Shown here piece by piece: positions 36,826 through 45,698 of a DNA stretch of 64,000 nt (position 1 is the stretch's first letter; every line of letters begins with the position of its first letter). The DNA lies in NCBI GenBank assembly GCA_016181935.1, contig JACOYI010000005.1:595-64594 (forward strand), written 5' to 3'. The notes under the pieces are model-generated. The model worked only from the letters and a program-made list of their open reading frames with translations, searched no databases and had not been told where the DNA came from. A program made the position numbers and the translations under genes. Source of the DNA: Candidatus Niyogibacteria bacterium (GTDB lineage Bacteria; Patescibacteriota; Minisyncoccia; HO2-45-28).

Positions 36826-37935
36826 ATGAAAAGTCAAGATGTGCCGAAAGTATTCGTCGCCCTGTCGGGTGGCGTGGATAGCTCCGTGGCGGCCGCTCTG
36901 TTGCGAGAGCGGGGATTTGATGTGGTCGGCGCGCATATGAAGTGCTGGATTCCGGGAGCCGAAAACTGGGGGCTGGAAGCTGGAAATTGTGGAGCGGAAC
37001 GTGATGCGGAGGATGCGCGCCGTGTCGCCGAGGCGCTCGATATCCCGTTTTATGTATTCGATTTGGAGAAGGAATACCGCGAGCGCGTGTTTGATTATAT
37101 GCTCCGCGAATATGGAGCGGGCCGTACGCCGAATCCCGATGTGCTTTGCAATAGCGAGATCAAATTCGGCGTTTTTTTGGAGAAAGCGCTCTCGCTTGGC
37201 GCGGACTATATTGCGACGGGGCATTACGCTAGAAAAAAGCTGGAAGCTGGAAGCTGGAAGCTGGAAATTGCAAAAGATTTAAACAAAGATCAATCCTATT
37301 TTCTGTGGCGTCTTACGCAGGATCAGTTAAGCCGTACGATATTTCCCATCGGTGAATATACCAAACCCGAGGTGCGGGAACTTGCGCGAAAATACCATTT
37401 GCCGACCGCGGAAAAAAGGGATTCGCAGGGGCTTTGCTTTGTGGGGCATCTCGATTTTCACGATTATTTGCGAAGCGTATTGCCCAAGAAAACGGGCGAC
37501 GTGGTGACGACCTCCGGCAAAAAAGTGGGGGAGCATGACGGCGCGCATTTTTATACCATTGGCCAGCGGCATGGGCTCGGCATCGGCGGCGGGACGCCGT
37601 ATTATGTGGCGGCAAAAAACCTCGAAGCGAACACGCTGACGGTTGCGGAAGGCATCCATGATCCCGAATTATATGTAAAAGAAATTCATGTTGTGGATGT
37701 GAATTGGCTCTCCGGCACTGCACCTTCCAGCCTCCAGTCCCCAGCCTCCGACCTCCAGTATGACGCTCGCATCCGCTACCGCCAGCCGCTTCAAAGGTGC
37801 CACATCCAATCACTTGGAAACTCGGTTTCCAAGTTGCGGGTTGTGTTTGATGCGCCTCAGCGCGCGGCGACATCCGGCCAGTCCGCGGTGTTTTACAAAG
37901 GCGGCGAACTTTTGGGCGGGGGAATCATCGCTTGA
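36826..37935 (+). CDS. mnmA: tRNA-specific 2-thiouridylase MnmA, with three in-frame heptamer-repeat insertions
   Basis: PP-loop SGGVDSS, catalytic Cys contexts. (AGCTGGA)n / (CYTCCAG)n tracts at 36970-36987, 37238-37268 and 37723-37758 encode extra LEAG../SSLQSPAS.. segments. Confidence 0.85.
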   Translation: MKSQDVPKVFVALSGGVDSSVAAALLRERGFDVVGAHMKCWIPGAENWGLEAGNCGAERDAEDARRVAEALDIPFYVFDLEKEYRERVFDYMLREYGAGRTPNPDVLCNSEIKFGVFLEKALSLGADYIATGHYARKKLEAGSWKLEIAKDLNKDQSYFLWRLTQDQLSRTIFPIGEYTKPEVRELARKYHLPTAEKRDSQGLCFVGHLDFHDYLRSVLPKKTGDVVTTSGKKVGEHDGAHFYTIGQRHGLGIGGGTPYYVAAKNLEANTLTVAEGIHDPELYVKEIHVVDVNWLSGTAPSSLQSPASDLQYDARIRYRQPLQRCHIQSLGNSVSKLRVVFDAPQRAATSGQSAVFYKGGELLGGGIIA

Positions 37936-38004
37936 CATCGTTGAGATTTCGTCATACGATTTCTTCAGTTTTCCGAACCTTCACAACCCTCACAGGAGAA
38001 AGCC

Positions 38005-38606
38005 ATGCGCATGGCACGATGGTTTGCTCTCGCCGCAGTTGCCGCGTTTTCGGGCTTCATCGTCAACGGGTGTTCGGTTTCAAAGCCGGAAAAGCCGCGG
38101 GCACCACAAGCGATGGAATACGGCTATCTCCCGCCGATTACCATGCGAAGCCGATTTATGAGCAGGTACAAACTCTGTATCGTTTTTTCCCGGAACTTGA
38201 TACGAATCAAGGGTTCATGCCCTATGCGTACAAGATTCCCGAGGGCGCCGAAGGGCTTTTCGCCATCCCGCAATGGCAAGCAATTGCCCCAACCTACAAT
38301 GAAGCGGTGGAGAAGGTATTCGCCGCTCTTGCGAGCCAGAGGACGTTCCACAATTGGCTCGAAGGCCGCCTCAGTTCCGAATATCTGCGAAGAACACAGC
38401 GCACGATCGACATGTGGGAGAAGCTCGAAAAGGAACAGCGGGTGCACGACATTGTGCTCGTTCCCGCCCAATTCGGGTTCCGCCATCGCGGAAAATCCGT
38501 CCTGCAAGCCCGCGCCTCGTTCGCCGAGAACGAGTTCGGCCTTGGCGCTTACGAAATCGGCATCATGCTCCTGACACATCCGGAGCGACTTCAGGGCTCT
38601 AGTTAT
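38005..38606 (+). pseudogene. Lipoprotein gene, 5' part: frameshifted around 38100-38150 and truncated by transposon insertion at 38607
   Basis: Lipobox signal MRMARWFALAAVAAFSGFIVNGC in frame 1. Convincing protein continues in frame 0 (DGIRLSPADYHAKPIYEQ...GSSY). The reading frame resumes after the transposon at 41552. Confidence 0.5.
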
Positions 38607-38631
38607 GGCGACTATACCTTGAGAGCAGAAT

Positions 38632-39231
38632 CTAGTAAATATAGGTTGTAATGCTTGCTTCTGCAATTTCTTTCATGTGCTCAAAAAGTTCATTTTCCTG
38701 CCATGCGTTTTCTCTGAAAAACATTGATACGGGAGCGTATCCTTCTTTCTTGTGTATAAAAATACGATTCAATGGATAAAATTCATTCATCGTGATAACT
38801 CGATCTCGAATGGATGAACCCTCTGCAAAATCATCGCCCCATCCGAAGCAAACGAATGGCGTGATTTTTTCATATTGAAGTGTGGCTCGGATACCGATAA
38901 GATTTTTTCCCAATCGTTCAATCGCATTTCCTTGCGATTGCTTTTTTAAGCCCTCGGCGATTCGCTTCTTGTTCGTGCCCTGATGTTTCATCTCAACCGC
39001 AAGTGCGATTCTTCGATAGTTTTCATCGTCTTTTTTTCGTAATACCAAAATGCCGCCGTCCGGTTTTATGTAAGAGTCCTCTTTTGAGAGCGGAGAAAAC
39101 TCCGCCCGCTTGTCATATCCTTTGATAATTCCGATCAGTTCCGACAATTTGATGGATTTTACATATTCGAGATAGTAGCCAAGATTCGCAAGGTTAAAAC
39201 GGGTATTGAGATGCTCAATGACCCTTTTCAT
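38632..39231 (-). CDS. Putative Type II restriction endonuclease (PD-(D/E)xK)
   Basis: IKPDGGILVL...EMKHQG fits PD...ExK. Immediately downstream of, and co-directional with, the methyltransferase. Start taken at the internal ATG (MKRVIEHLN). Confidence 0.5.
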   Translation of the reverse strand: MKRVIEHLNTRFNLANLGYYLEYVKSIKLSELIGIIKGYDKRAEFSPLSKEDSYIKPDGGILVLRKKDDENYRRIALAVEMKHQGTNKKRIAEGLKKQSQGNAIERLGKNLIGIRATLQYEKITPFVCFGWGDDFAEGSSIRDRVITMNEFYPLNRIFIHKKEGYAPVSMFFRENAWQENELFEHMKEIAEASITTYIY

Positions 39232-39274
39232 CACCGCCGAAACCTTTTTGTCATCGCCCTTGGAAAGGACGTTT

Positions 39275-39952
39275 TTAGGCAAATGCTGGCTTTTGTTTCG
39301 GCGCAAGAAGTCGCTGTTGCTCATTATGGATATTTTTTACGAAATAATGGCCGCCCAGTTTTGGGATGTTGAAAATCAATACCTCGCTATGAAAGAGGAT
39401 GTTTTCAAAAACATCTTTTGGAAGCGATACGATGCTCGTAATGGGCGGATATTCTTCGTTGATAAATTTCACCCAGCGTTTGCTGTTTTCCGTCTGATTG
39501 AGGCGGAAGCCGTAAGGCGTGAACATCACGATGGGGACTTCACTGCCAAACAATTTCACTGCCTTTGCGAACCACACTTCGGGGAGCAAAGGACGACCGC
39601 CATAATGCTCTTTGATATACTGCTTTGTTTTCGAGTCAATGTTAAAAGGCGGATTCATAATGACGAGCGATATTTTTTCTTTTATCTCGTCCTTTTGAAT
39701 TTCCAAATAATTTTTAACTTTCGTGTTTGGAAAACCCTGATGTTCAATATCAATGCCCATTACTGCATAGCCGTCTTTTTTCCACGGCTTCAAAAGAGAA
39801 CCTTCTCCCACGCACGGATCAATGACGATTCCATCCGATTTTTTGATGTGCGGATGAATCAGATCGTAAAGAAATTCGCTTACATAATCGGGAGTGAAAA
39901 TCGTTGCTTTTTTCTCGTTTTTATAGAAATTGTTCCGATCTACCCGATACAT
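39275..39952 (-). CDS. N6-adenine DNA methyltransferase (gamma-class, NPPF motif)
   Basis: ATG 39952 (MYRVDRNNF); the listed start 39979 is a TTG. Motif I VIDPCVGEGSLL and motif IV VIMNPPFN. Confidence 0.8.
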   Translation of the reverse strand: MYRVDRNNFYKNEKKATIFTPDYVSEFLYDLIHPHIKKSDGIVIDPCVGEGSLLKPWKKDGYAVMGIDIEHQGFPNTKVKNYLEIQKDEIKEKISLVIMNPPFNIDSKTKQYIKEHYGGRPLLPEVWFAKAVKLFGSEVPIVMFTPYGFRLNQTENSKRWVKFINEEYPPITSIVSLPKDVFENILFHSEVLIFNIPKLGGHYFVKNIHNEQQRLLAPKQKPAFA

Positions 39953-40068
39953 AACTAAATAATGACATAGAAAGGGCAACCTGAATACTCGCCCTCAAAG
40001 GAGATGGGGATAAGTCAAAAAAGATGCTATTGTTGAGATAATGCAACGCAAGGACTTCCAATCCATCA

Positions 40069-40944
40069 TCAAACGGGCATCACAGCCCGTCCGAGAATGG
40101 AAGAAAACATCGGGCGCGAAACCAGACGCTGATTCCAGCGATACACGAATTCGTCCACATAACGCTGGAGATACTTCGGGGATACGGCATGGTGCGTCCC
40201 GTCCAGCGACCGCTTGAGTTGCGACCAAAAGCCCTCGATGGTGTTTGTATGTATTTTGCCACGCACATACTCCTTGATGCCGTGTTGGATGGTCTCGTGG
40301 CTGTATCCGTTTGAGCCGACCCGATTGTAGGATTTGAACTCGTCTGTAAAGATTATGCTTTGTTTGCGGACGGATTGCTGGATGATGGGCATGATGGTTT
40401 TACTTTTTACATTCTCAACAACTCGCGCTTTCACATTTCCTTTGCGGGATGCGATACCGAATACGGGCGTTTTGTGTTCTGCCCCGCGTCCGCGCTTGTT
40501 GTGCTTGCCCTTACCGCCGACATAGGTTTCATCCGCTTCCACCTCGCCGTAAAATTTGATGTTATTCTGCTCAAAGAGAAGCCGGATTTGCTGACCCATC
40601 CGCCACGCGCATTTATAGGTCATGCCGAGTTGCCGTTCCAATTCTTTCGCCGCGACACCATTCCGGCTTGAAGCGAACAAGAAGATAGCCCAGAACCAAT
40701 CTTTTAAGGATGTGTCCGATTTGTGGAAGATTGTGCCCGCGAGCGGATGGACGCTAAATCCGCATTGGCAATCGTATCGCTTGCGTCCGGCAATCCGGTG
40801 GAACTTTCCGCGCTTCTTGCACGATGGACAGGCATACCGCTTGCCATAGCGATTCAAAAAGATAGAATGAAGGCAGGCCTCATTGGTCGGGTAATCCCTT
40901 TCGAAATCCTTGCGCGTGTATTTTTTCATACCCCATCCTATCAA
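40069..40944 (-). CDS. IS1595-family (ISXO2-like) DDE transposase
   Basis: 291 aa. N-terminal zinc ribbon (CPSCKK..C), then a DDE core with DETYVGG, TDEFKSY and a C-terminal ISXO2-type region (VNRF). Confidence 0.85.
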   Translation of the reverse strand: MIGWGMKKYTRKDFERDYPTNEACLHSIFLNRYGKRYACPSCKKRGKFHRIAGRKRYDCQCGFSVHPLAGTIFHKSDTSLKDWFWAIFLFASSRNGVAAKELERQLGMTYKCAWRMGQQIRLLFEQNNIKFYGEVEADETYVGGKGKHNKRGRGAEHKTPVFGIASRKGNVKARVVENVKSKTIMPIIQQSVRKQSIIFTDEFKSYNRVGSNGYSHETIQHGIKEYVRGKIHTNTIEGFWSQLKRSLDGTHHAVSPKYLQRYVDEFVYRWNQRLVSRPMFSSILGRAVMPV

Positions 40945-41007
40945 AAGGAATACCTGCTGTCAAGGGATAAAATTATCAAGCAATAGATAGTAGTTTCTGT
41001 CAAAAGT

Positions 41008-41241
41008 ATGGTAGACGAGACAAATCCACAAGAAGATCAATTCGAACTAATTTTCAAAAATGGTGCTCTTGCTAACCTAAAAAAATTGGCGGGGAAATTA
41101 AACATTTCTGAAGAAAATTTAGGAGAAGCAGTAAATAAGAGTATTAAGATACTCTCGATCATAAAAAATGTTCGCACAAAAACCATTACTTTAGAAACCG
41201 AAGACAAGCAACGCTTTGTGCTGGATGCCGATGAGATATGA
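41008..41241 (+). CDS. Hypothetical small protein (77 aa) on the transposon
   Basis: AT-rich ORF, translationally coupled (ATGA) to the next ORF. Confidence 0.35.
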   Translation: MVDETNPQEDQFELIFKNGALANLKKLAGKLNISEENLGEAVNKSIKILSIIKNVRTKTITLETEDKQRFVLDADEI

Positions 41242-41519
41242 ACAAGAAATCTACGCAGACGCTCGAACTCGCTCCGGATACAAATTTACCGCCAGCAGAG
41301 GGCAGAGCAAATAAAAGAGAGGGAACGAGAAGTCAAATTGCGCTGTATTATGTTTTAGGATTTTTGATTCTTATATTACTCGCCCTAATCCTTTCTTTCG
41401 CATATAGATTAACGATCAATGATTTAAGAGATACGCTTCTCGCATTATCTGGTATCCTTTCCGGTCCGCTCGGTTTTATCATCGGTTATTATTTCAAATC
41501 ATATTCCGATCGAGAGTAA
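41238..41519 (+). CDS. Hypothetical small membrane protein (93 aa) on the transposon
   Basis: Two hydrophobic helices (ALYYVLGFLILILLALILSFAY; GILSGPLGFIIGYYF). Confidence 0.35.
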   Translation: MNKKSTQTLELAPDTNLPPAEGRANKREGTRSQIALYYVLGFLILILLALILSFAYRLTINDLRDTLLALSGILSGPLGFIIGYYFKSYSDRE

Positions 41520-41551
41520 TTCTGCCTTCAAGGTATAGTCGCCCTAGTTAT

Positions 41552-41750
41552 TTCACAATCAATGCCGCGGGCGATGAATACTCGTCTAACGCCGATGGCG
41601 ACTTCTCGCACGCGCCGCTCTTCCGCTTCGTCGACGGCAAGGTCGAGTTCAACGCCCACTGGTACGACATTGCCAACGGGCACTATGGCTCCGCGTCCGC
41701 CTTCTTCCCCGAACTTCACGGTTTTTCGAATCCCTGATTTCTGAGTCCGT
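41552..41750 (+). pseudogene. 3' remnant of the transposon-disrupted lipoprotein gene
   Basis: No start codon. Frame continues ...SSY|FTINAAGDEYSSNADGDFSHAPLFRFVDGKVEFNAHWYDIANGHYGSASAFFPELHGFSNP* exactly from the target-site duplication. Confidence 0.5.
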
Positions 41751-41948
41751 TTTTCCGCCAATTTCTATTGGCGGATTCTTTCTTTTCGCCATTCTCACGC
41801 ATACGTTAAACTTATGCTATAGCAGATGTTTAACGTATGGTGTGATTCTAAACGATAAAGAGCATTGTTCCGCTATTTTCAAATATTTTTCAAACAGAGA
41901 AAGGAATGAATGATAAGATAGGAAGCCCCACCAACAAAAGTGGTGGGG

Positions 41949-42512
41949 CTAGAAGATACCGCGTATAAGCCGGTAGGGCGTTTTTTCGCAATAGCAGTGC
42001 CAGCGTTCGGAAAATGCTTGGGCAAGAAGTTTTTCTTCCCGCCGGATTTGAATCAGAGCAAGAATAATGCCCGCGAGAAGAAAAACGAGCAAAGGGCTCC
42101 ACAGCGCGAGTTCAAATCCGGCGGCCGCGAACAGCATGCCGCTGTAAATAGGATGCCGGAGCGTCCGGTAAGGGCCGCTTGTGACGAGATGCGCCGGGGA
42201 TTCTGTTCCCAGAAGCGGGCGGTAATTCTTTCCGAGTTCCAAGCGCGCCCGAAAAGAGAGCAGGATGCCGCATCCGAAAAAAAGCAGTCCGACGGCTTGG
42301 GCGCCGATCGGCGGATCCGGAAATCGGGCGAATCCGTGTTCGAGCTGAAGATAGGCGATGGAAAAAATCAGCGCGAATTCCACAACAAGCTGGAACGCCA
42401 TGAGCCCCGCATTTTTGCGGCTTGCGCATCGTATGATGTTCGAGACAAGAAGACCTTTGGCGTACAGGTAAATGACGAGGCCGCCGACGAGGATCACCGG
42501 AATCGTGTCCAC
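41949..42512 (-). CDS. Isoprenylcysteine carboxyl methyltransferase (ICMT)/phospholipid methyltransferase-family membrane protein
   Basis: GTG start at 42512 preceded by GGAGG (6-nt spacing); the listed TTG extension is rejected. C-terminal RHPIYSG...EE..L motifs of the ICMT/PEMT family. Multiple TM helices. Confidence 0.65.
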   Translation of the reverse strand: MDTIPVILVGGLVIYLYAKGLLVSNIIRCASRKNAGLMAFQLVVEFALIFSIAYLQLEHGFARFPDPPIGAQAVGLLFFGCGILLSFRARLELGKNYRPLLGTESPAHLVTSGPYRTLRHPIYSGMLFAAAGFELALWSPLLVFLLAGIILALIQIRREEKLLAQAFSERWHCYCEKTPYRLIRGIF

Positions 42513-42672
42513 GGGTTTCCTCCGATGAGAAGAGCGCTGTCCGCATTTTAGGAAGTTTTTCGCATAAGTCAAGAGTCGCCCTTATCAAGGCGCCCGTTTT
42601 TGATTACGATGGAAACATGACATCGGATTTATCTCGCTCGCCTCGATTCGGCGAAGCGGGCCGTAATAGAAC

Positions 42673-44436
42673 ATGAAGGCGGACGAGCTTCGGCTGAAAT
42701 TTCTCGAATTTTTCAAGAATCGGGGGCACGCCGTCGTGCCGTCGAGTCCGCTCGTACCCGATGATCCGTCGGTGCTTCTGACCACGGCGGGGATGCAGCA
42801 ATTCAAGCCGTACTACACGGGCGATGCCGACCCGATGAAGGACTTCGGTGCGAAAAACACAGCATCGGTCCAGAAGTGTTTCCGCGCCTCGGATATCGAT
42901 GAAGTGGGCGATGCAAGCCATCTGACATTTTTTGAAATGCTCGGCAATTTCAGTTTTGGCGGGTATTTCAAGGAAGACGCCATCCGCTGGGCGCACCAGT
43001 TCGTGACCAAGGAACTCGGCCTGAAGATCGACTATGTGACGGTTTTTGGCGGCACCGACACCGCGGGGCAGGCGATTCCGTCTGACACCGAGTCCGAACG
43101 GCTTTGGAAAGAAATGGACCCGGCGCTCGACGTGCATGTGCGGGGAATGGATGAGAATTTCTGGGGACCGACGGGCAAAGAAGGTCCCTGCGGGCCAACC
43201 ACGGAAATTTACGTGGGCGGTGTCGAGATTTGGAATATCGTATTCAACGAGTTTTTTTATCACGGGACGCGCGAGGAATTGCTCGCAGGCGCCGCAGGGA
43301 AGACATTGAAGCCGCTTAAAACCCCCGGGGTGGATACAGGCGCGGGGTTCGAGCGCATTGCGGTTGCGGTCCAAAAAAAAGAGCATGTTTTCCAAACGGA
43401 CCTGTTCGCGTCCGTAACGGCGCTTTTACCGCGCGATTTAGAAGAGCGCGCGCGCCGCATTATCGCGGACCATTTGCGCGCGAGCGCGTTTTTACTGGCC
43501 GACGGGGTACGGCCGTCCAACAAAGAAGCAGGATACGTCTTGCGGCGCATTCTTCGCCGCGCGCTGGCGTTCGAGCATATGCACGAAATGCCGGCCGGTA
43601 TTTTTGAAGATATTTTGACGGCCGTCATCCGGCAGTACGGCGGCTTTTATCCGGAACTGGAGCGCGAACGCGACGCGATGCTCGACGCGTATCGGGTGGA
43701 ACGCGAACGATTCGCGCATACGCTTTCCGCGGGTATCAAGGAATTGAATCGGCAGGGCGGCACGATCGACGCGAAAGGAGGTTTTCATTTGTATGAAAGT
43801 TACGGACTCCCGTACGAGGTCATCCGCGAGGTCGGCGGCGAGCGGGCGCGCGGTCTCACGCGCGACGCGTTCGATGCCGAATTCAAAAAACATCAAGACA
43901 AGTCGCGCGAGGGCGCCGAAAAAAAATTCGGCGGGCACGGATTGATCCTCGATACGGGCGAGCTGAAAGCCGCGACCGAGGAAGAGGTCAAAAAAGTGAC
44001 CCGTCTTCATACGGCAACGCATTTATTGCAATCGGCGCTCCGGAAGATCTTGGATCCGGATGTCCGGCAAATGGGTTCGGATATCACGTACATGCGAACA
44101 CGATTTGATTTTTCGTTTGCACGAAAACTCACGCCGGAGGAATTGAAGCGCGTCGAGGATGAGGTCAACGATATTATCCGCGCGGACCACCCTGTTACAA
44201 TGAAAGAAATGGACTATGAAGATGCCGTCGCATCGGGTGCGCTTTATTTTTTCCGCGAAAAATATCCCAAGCGCGTGAAAGTGTATACGGTGGGAACGGA
44301 CGACGTATTCTTCTCGCGCGAATTTTGCGGAGGGCCGCATGTGTCGCGCACGGGGGAGATCGGCGAGTTCCGGATTAAAAAAGAGGAGGCGGTCGCGTCG
44401 GGGGTCCGGCGGATTCGCGCCGTTGTCGAGCCCTAA
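42673..44436 (+). CDS. alaS: Alanyl-tRNA synthetase, short form (catalytic + tRNA-binding + editing domains, no C-Ala/DHHA1 domain)
   Basis: 587 aa. Class II motifs (FFEMLGNFSFGGYFKEDAI), editing-domain HTATHLL ... CGGPHV. Ends right after the editing domain. Confidence 0.85.
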   Translation: MKADELRLKFLEFFKNRGHAVVPSSPLVPDDPSVLLTTAGMQQFKPYYTGDADPMKDFGAKNTASVQKCFRASDIDEVGDASHLTFFEMLGNFSFGGYFKEDAIRWAHQFVTKELGLKIDYVTVFGGTDTAGQAIPSDTESERLWKEMDPALDVHVRGMDENFWGPTGKEGPCGPTTEIYVGGVEIWNIVFNEFFYHGTREELLAGAAGKTLKPLKTPGVDTGAGFERIAVAVQKKEHVFQTDLFASVTALLPRDLEERARRIIADHLRASAFLLADGVRPSNKEAGYVLRRILRRALAFEHMHEMPAGIFEDILTAVIRQYGGFYPELERERDAMLDAYRVERERFAHTLSAGIKELNRQGGTIDAKGGFHLYESYGLPYEVIREVGGERARGLTRDAFDAEFKKHQDKSREGAEKKFGGHGLILDTGELKAATEEEVKKVTRLHTATHLLQSALRKILDPDVRQMGSDITYMRTRFDFSFARKLTPEELKRVEDEVNDIIRADHPVTMKEMDYEDAVASGALYFFREKYPKRVKVYTVGTDDVFFSREFCGGPHVSRTGEIGEFRIKKEEAVASGVRRIRAVVEP

Positions 44437-45602
44437 TGGCGAAATTTTCGTCATCGCGGCCGCTTTTGGTTCTGGATGTCGGGAGTTCGGGCGTACACGC
44501 GGCCGTTGCCACACGAAACGCAAAGGGAGTTATTGATATCGAGCGGGTCGCACGCTCTCATCCGTTGGTTTTGCCGGAGGTGAATCTTAAAAAATTGTGG
44601 AAGAAGCTCCATGCGATGGCGGCGGACGTCGTCGGCGACCTGCGCAAAAGCGGGTCCCGGCCGCATTCGGCGGTCGTGATCTTCTCATCGCCGTGGTATT
44701 TTTCCGAAGTGCGGAGATTTACGCATGTGTCGGAAACGGCCGTGGAGATCACCGGAAAACTTCTGGATACGTTCATGGCGGAGGAGGAGGAGCGGTTTCG
44801 CGTCGGCGCGCTTGAACGGTTCCATGTGGCGGCGGACGAAGTGCTGATTTTGGAGCCCGTGCGCATGCGCGCGCTTTTGAACGGCTATCCGGCGGACTCT
44901 ATTGTCGGAAAGCGCGCCCAAGCGATCGAGGCCTTTATCTATTTATCCGCCGTATTCGGCCGTGCAAAGAGCGATATAAAAACCCTCCTGGCCGATAACG
45001 GCATCCGGCTCGCCGGCGTCCAGACGTCGCCGATGGCGCTGTATCGGACCGCCCAAGCGCTTGGCATTGCGGACGAAGGCAGGGTCGTTATCGATATCGG
45101 CGGGGAGATCACCGAGGTTTCTCTCATTAAAAACGGGATTCTTCATGACAGCGTTTCCTATGCCCGAGGCCTGAATTTTGCGGCGCGGCGCGTGGCTGAA
45201 GCGTTATCATTCGACGCAGAGGCGGCGATCGTGTATTTGCAGAATTATGGCGCGAGGGCGCTCGAAAACGGCAAAGCGGCCCGCGCAAAAAAAATCGTGC
45301 GCGATGCGGTTGACGAATGGAAGGCGCTTCTGGAAGATGCGTTCGAGCATCTGTCAGGGAAGGGGTTGTTGCCGGAAATAGCGCTTCTTGCGGGACCGGG
45401 CGGAATCCTTGCGGAATTCGCGACGGCGCTCGGTGTCGATGAATTCCGGCGTTTTACGATCTTCGGACGCCCGTTCACCGTTGAACAACTGACGCTCGAT
45501 CGCTTTGCGGATCGGTTCACGCATATCCCGTCCGTTTTTTCGAATGCGGAGCTCACGAATCTTTTGGTCGATATTTTGTACAGCTTTACGCGGAATCCAT
45601 GA
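44436..45602 (+). CDS. Actin-fold ATPase-like protein (FtsA/PilM-like), hypothetical
   Basis: 388 aa. LVLDVGSSGVHAA and VIDIGGEITEVSL resemble phosphate-1/phosphate-2 loops of FtsA/PilM/MreB-type ATPases. Weak. Confidence 0.5.
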   Translation: MAKFSSSRPLLVLDVGSSGVHAAVATRNAKGVIDIERVARSHPLVLPEVNLKKLWKKLHAMAADVVGDLRKSGSRPHSAVVIFSSPWYFSEVRRFTHVSETAVEITGKLLDTFMAEEEERFRVGALERFHVAADEVLILEPVRMRALLNGYPADSIVGKRAQAIEAFIYLSAVFGRAKSDIKTLLADNGIRLAGVQTSPMALYRTAQALGIADEGRVVIDIGGEITEVSLIKNGILHDSVSYARGLNFAARRVAEALSFDAEAAIVYLQNYGARALENGKAARAKKIVRDAVDEWKALLEDAFEHLSGKGLLPEIALLAGPGGILAEFATALGVDEFRRFTIFGRPFTVEQLTLDRFADRFTHIPSVFSNAELTNLLVDILYSFTRNP

Positions 45603-45670
45603 CCCCGTTAGAAATTGTACTCAATGCGTAAACGGTTGATTGTATGGACTTCATCGAATTTCTAACGGGG
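45603..45670 (-). repeat. 68-bp MITE-like element, family B, copy 2 (inverted relative to copy 1)
   Basis: TIRs CCCCGTTAGAAATT at 45603-45616 and AATTTCTAACGGGG at 45657-45670. Core matches the reverse complement of the 33987-34054 core. Confidence 0.55.
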
Positions 45671-45698
45671 CGTGGTAGAATAAAAAGAACATAACGCC

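Larger units (their letters stand above)
38607..41543. mobile_element. IS1595-family transposon (2937 bp) carrying a Type II restriction-modification system. Perfect 16-bp terminal inverted repeats, 8-bp target-site duplication
   Basis: TIR GGCGACTATACCTTGA at 38607-38622 and its exact reverse complement at 41528-41543. Flanking direct repeat CTAGTTAT at 38599-38606 and 41544-41551. AT-rich interior. Host reading frame is restored if the element plus one duplicate copy is removed. Confidence 0.7.

Noticed and set aside
41528-41761. Listed minus-strand ORF (77 aa) and plus-strand ORF 41562-41744 to the right of the transposon
   Set aside because: The convincing coding frame here is the start-less continuation of the disrupted lipoprotein gene (frame restored across the target-site duplication). 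The listed ORFs are alternative-frame artefacts.
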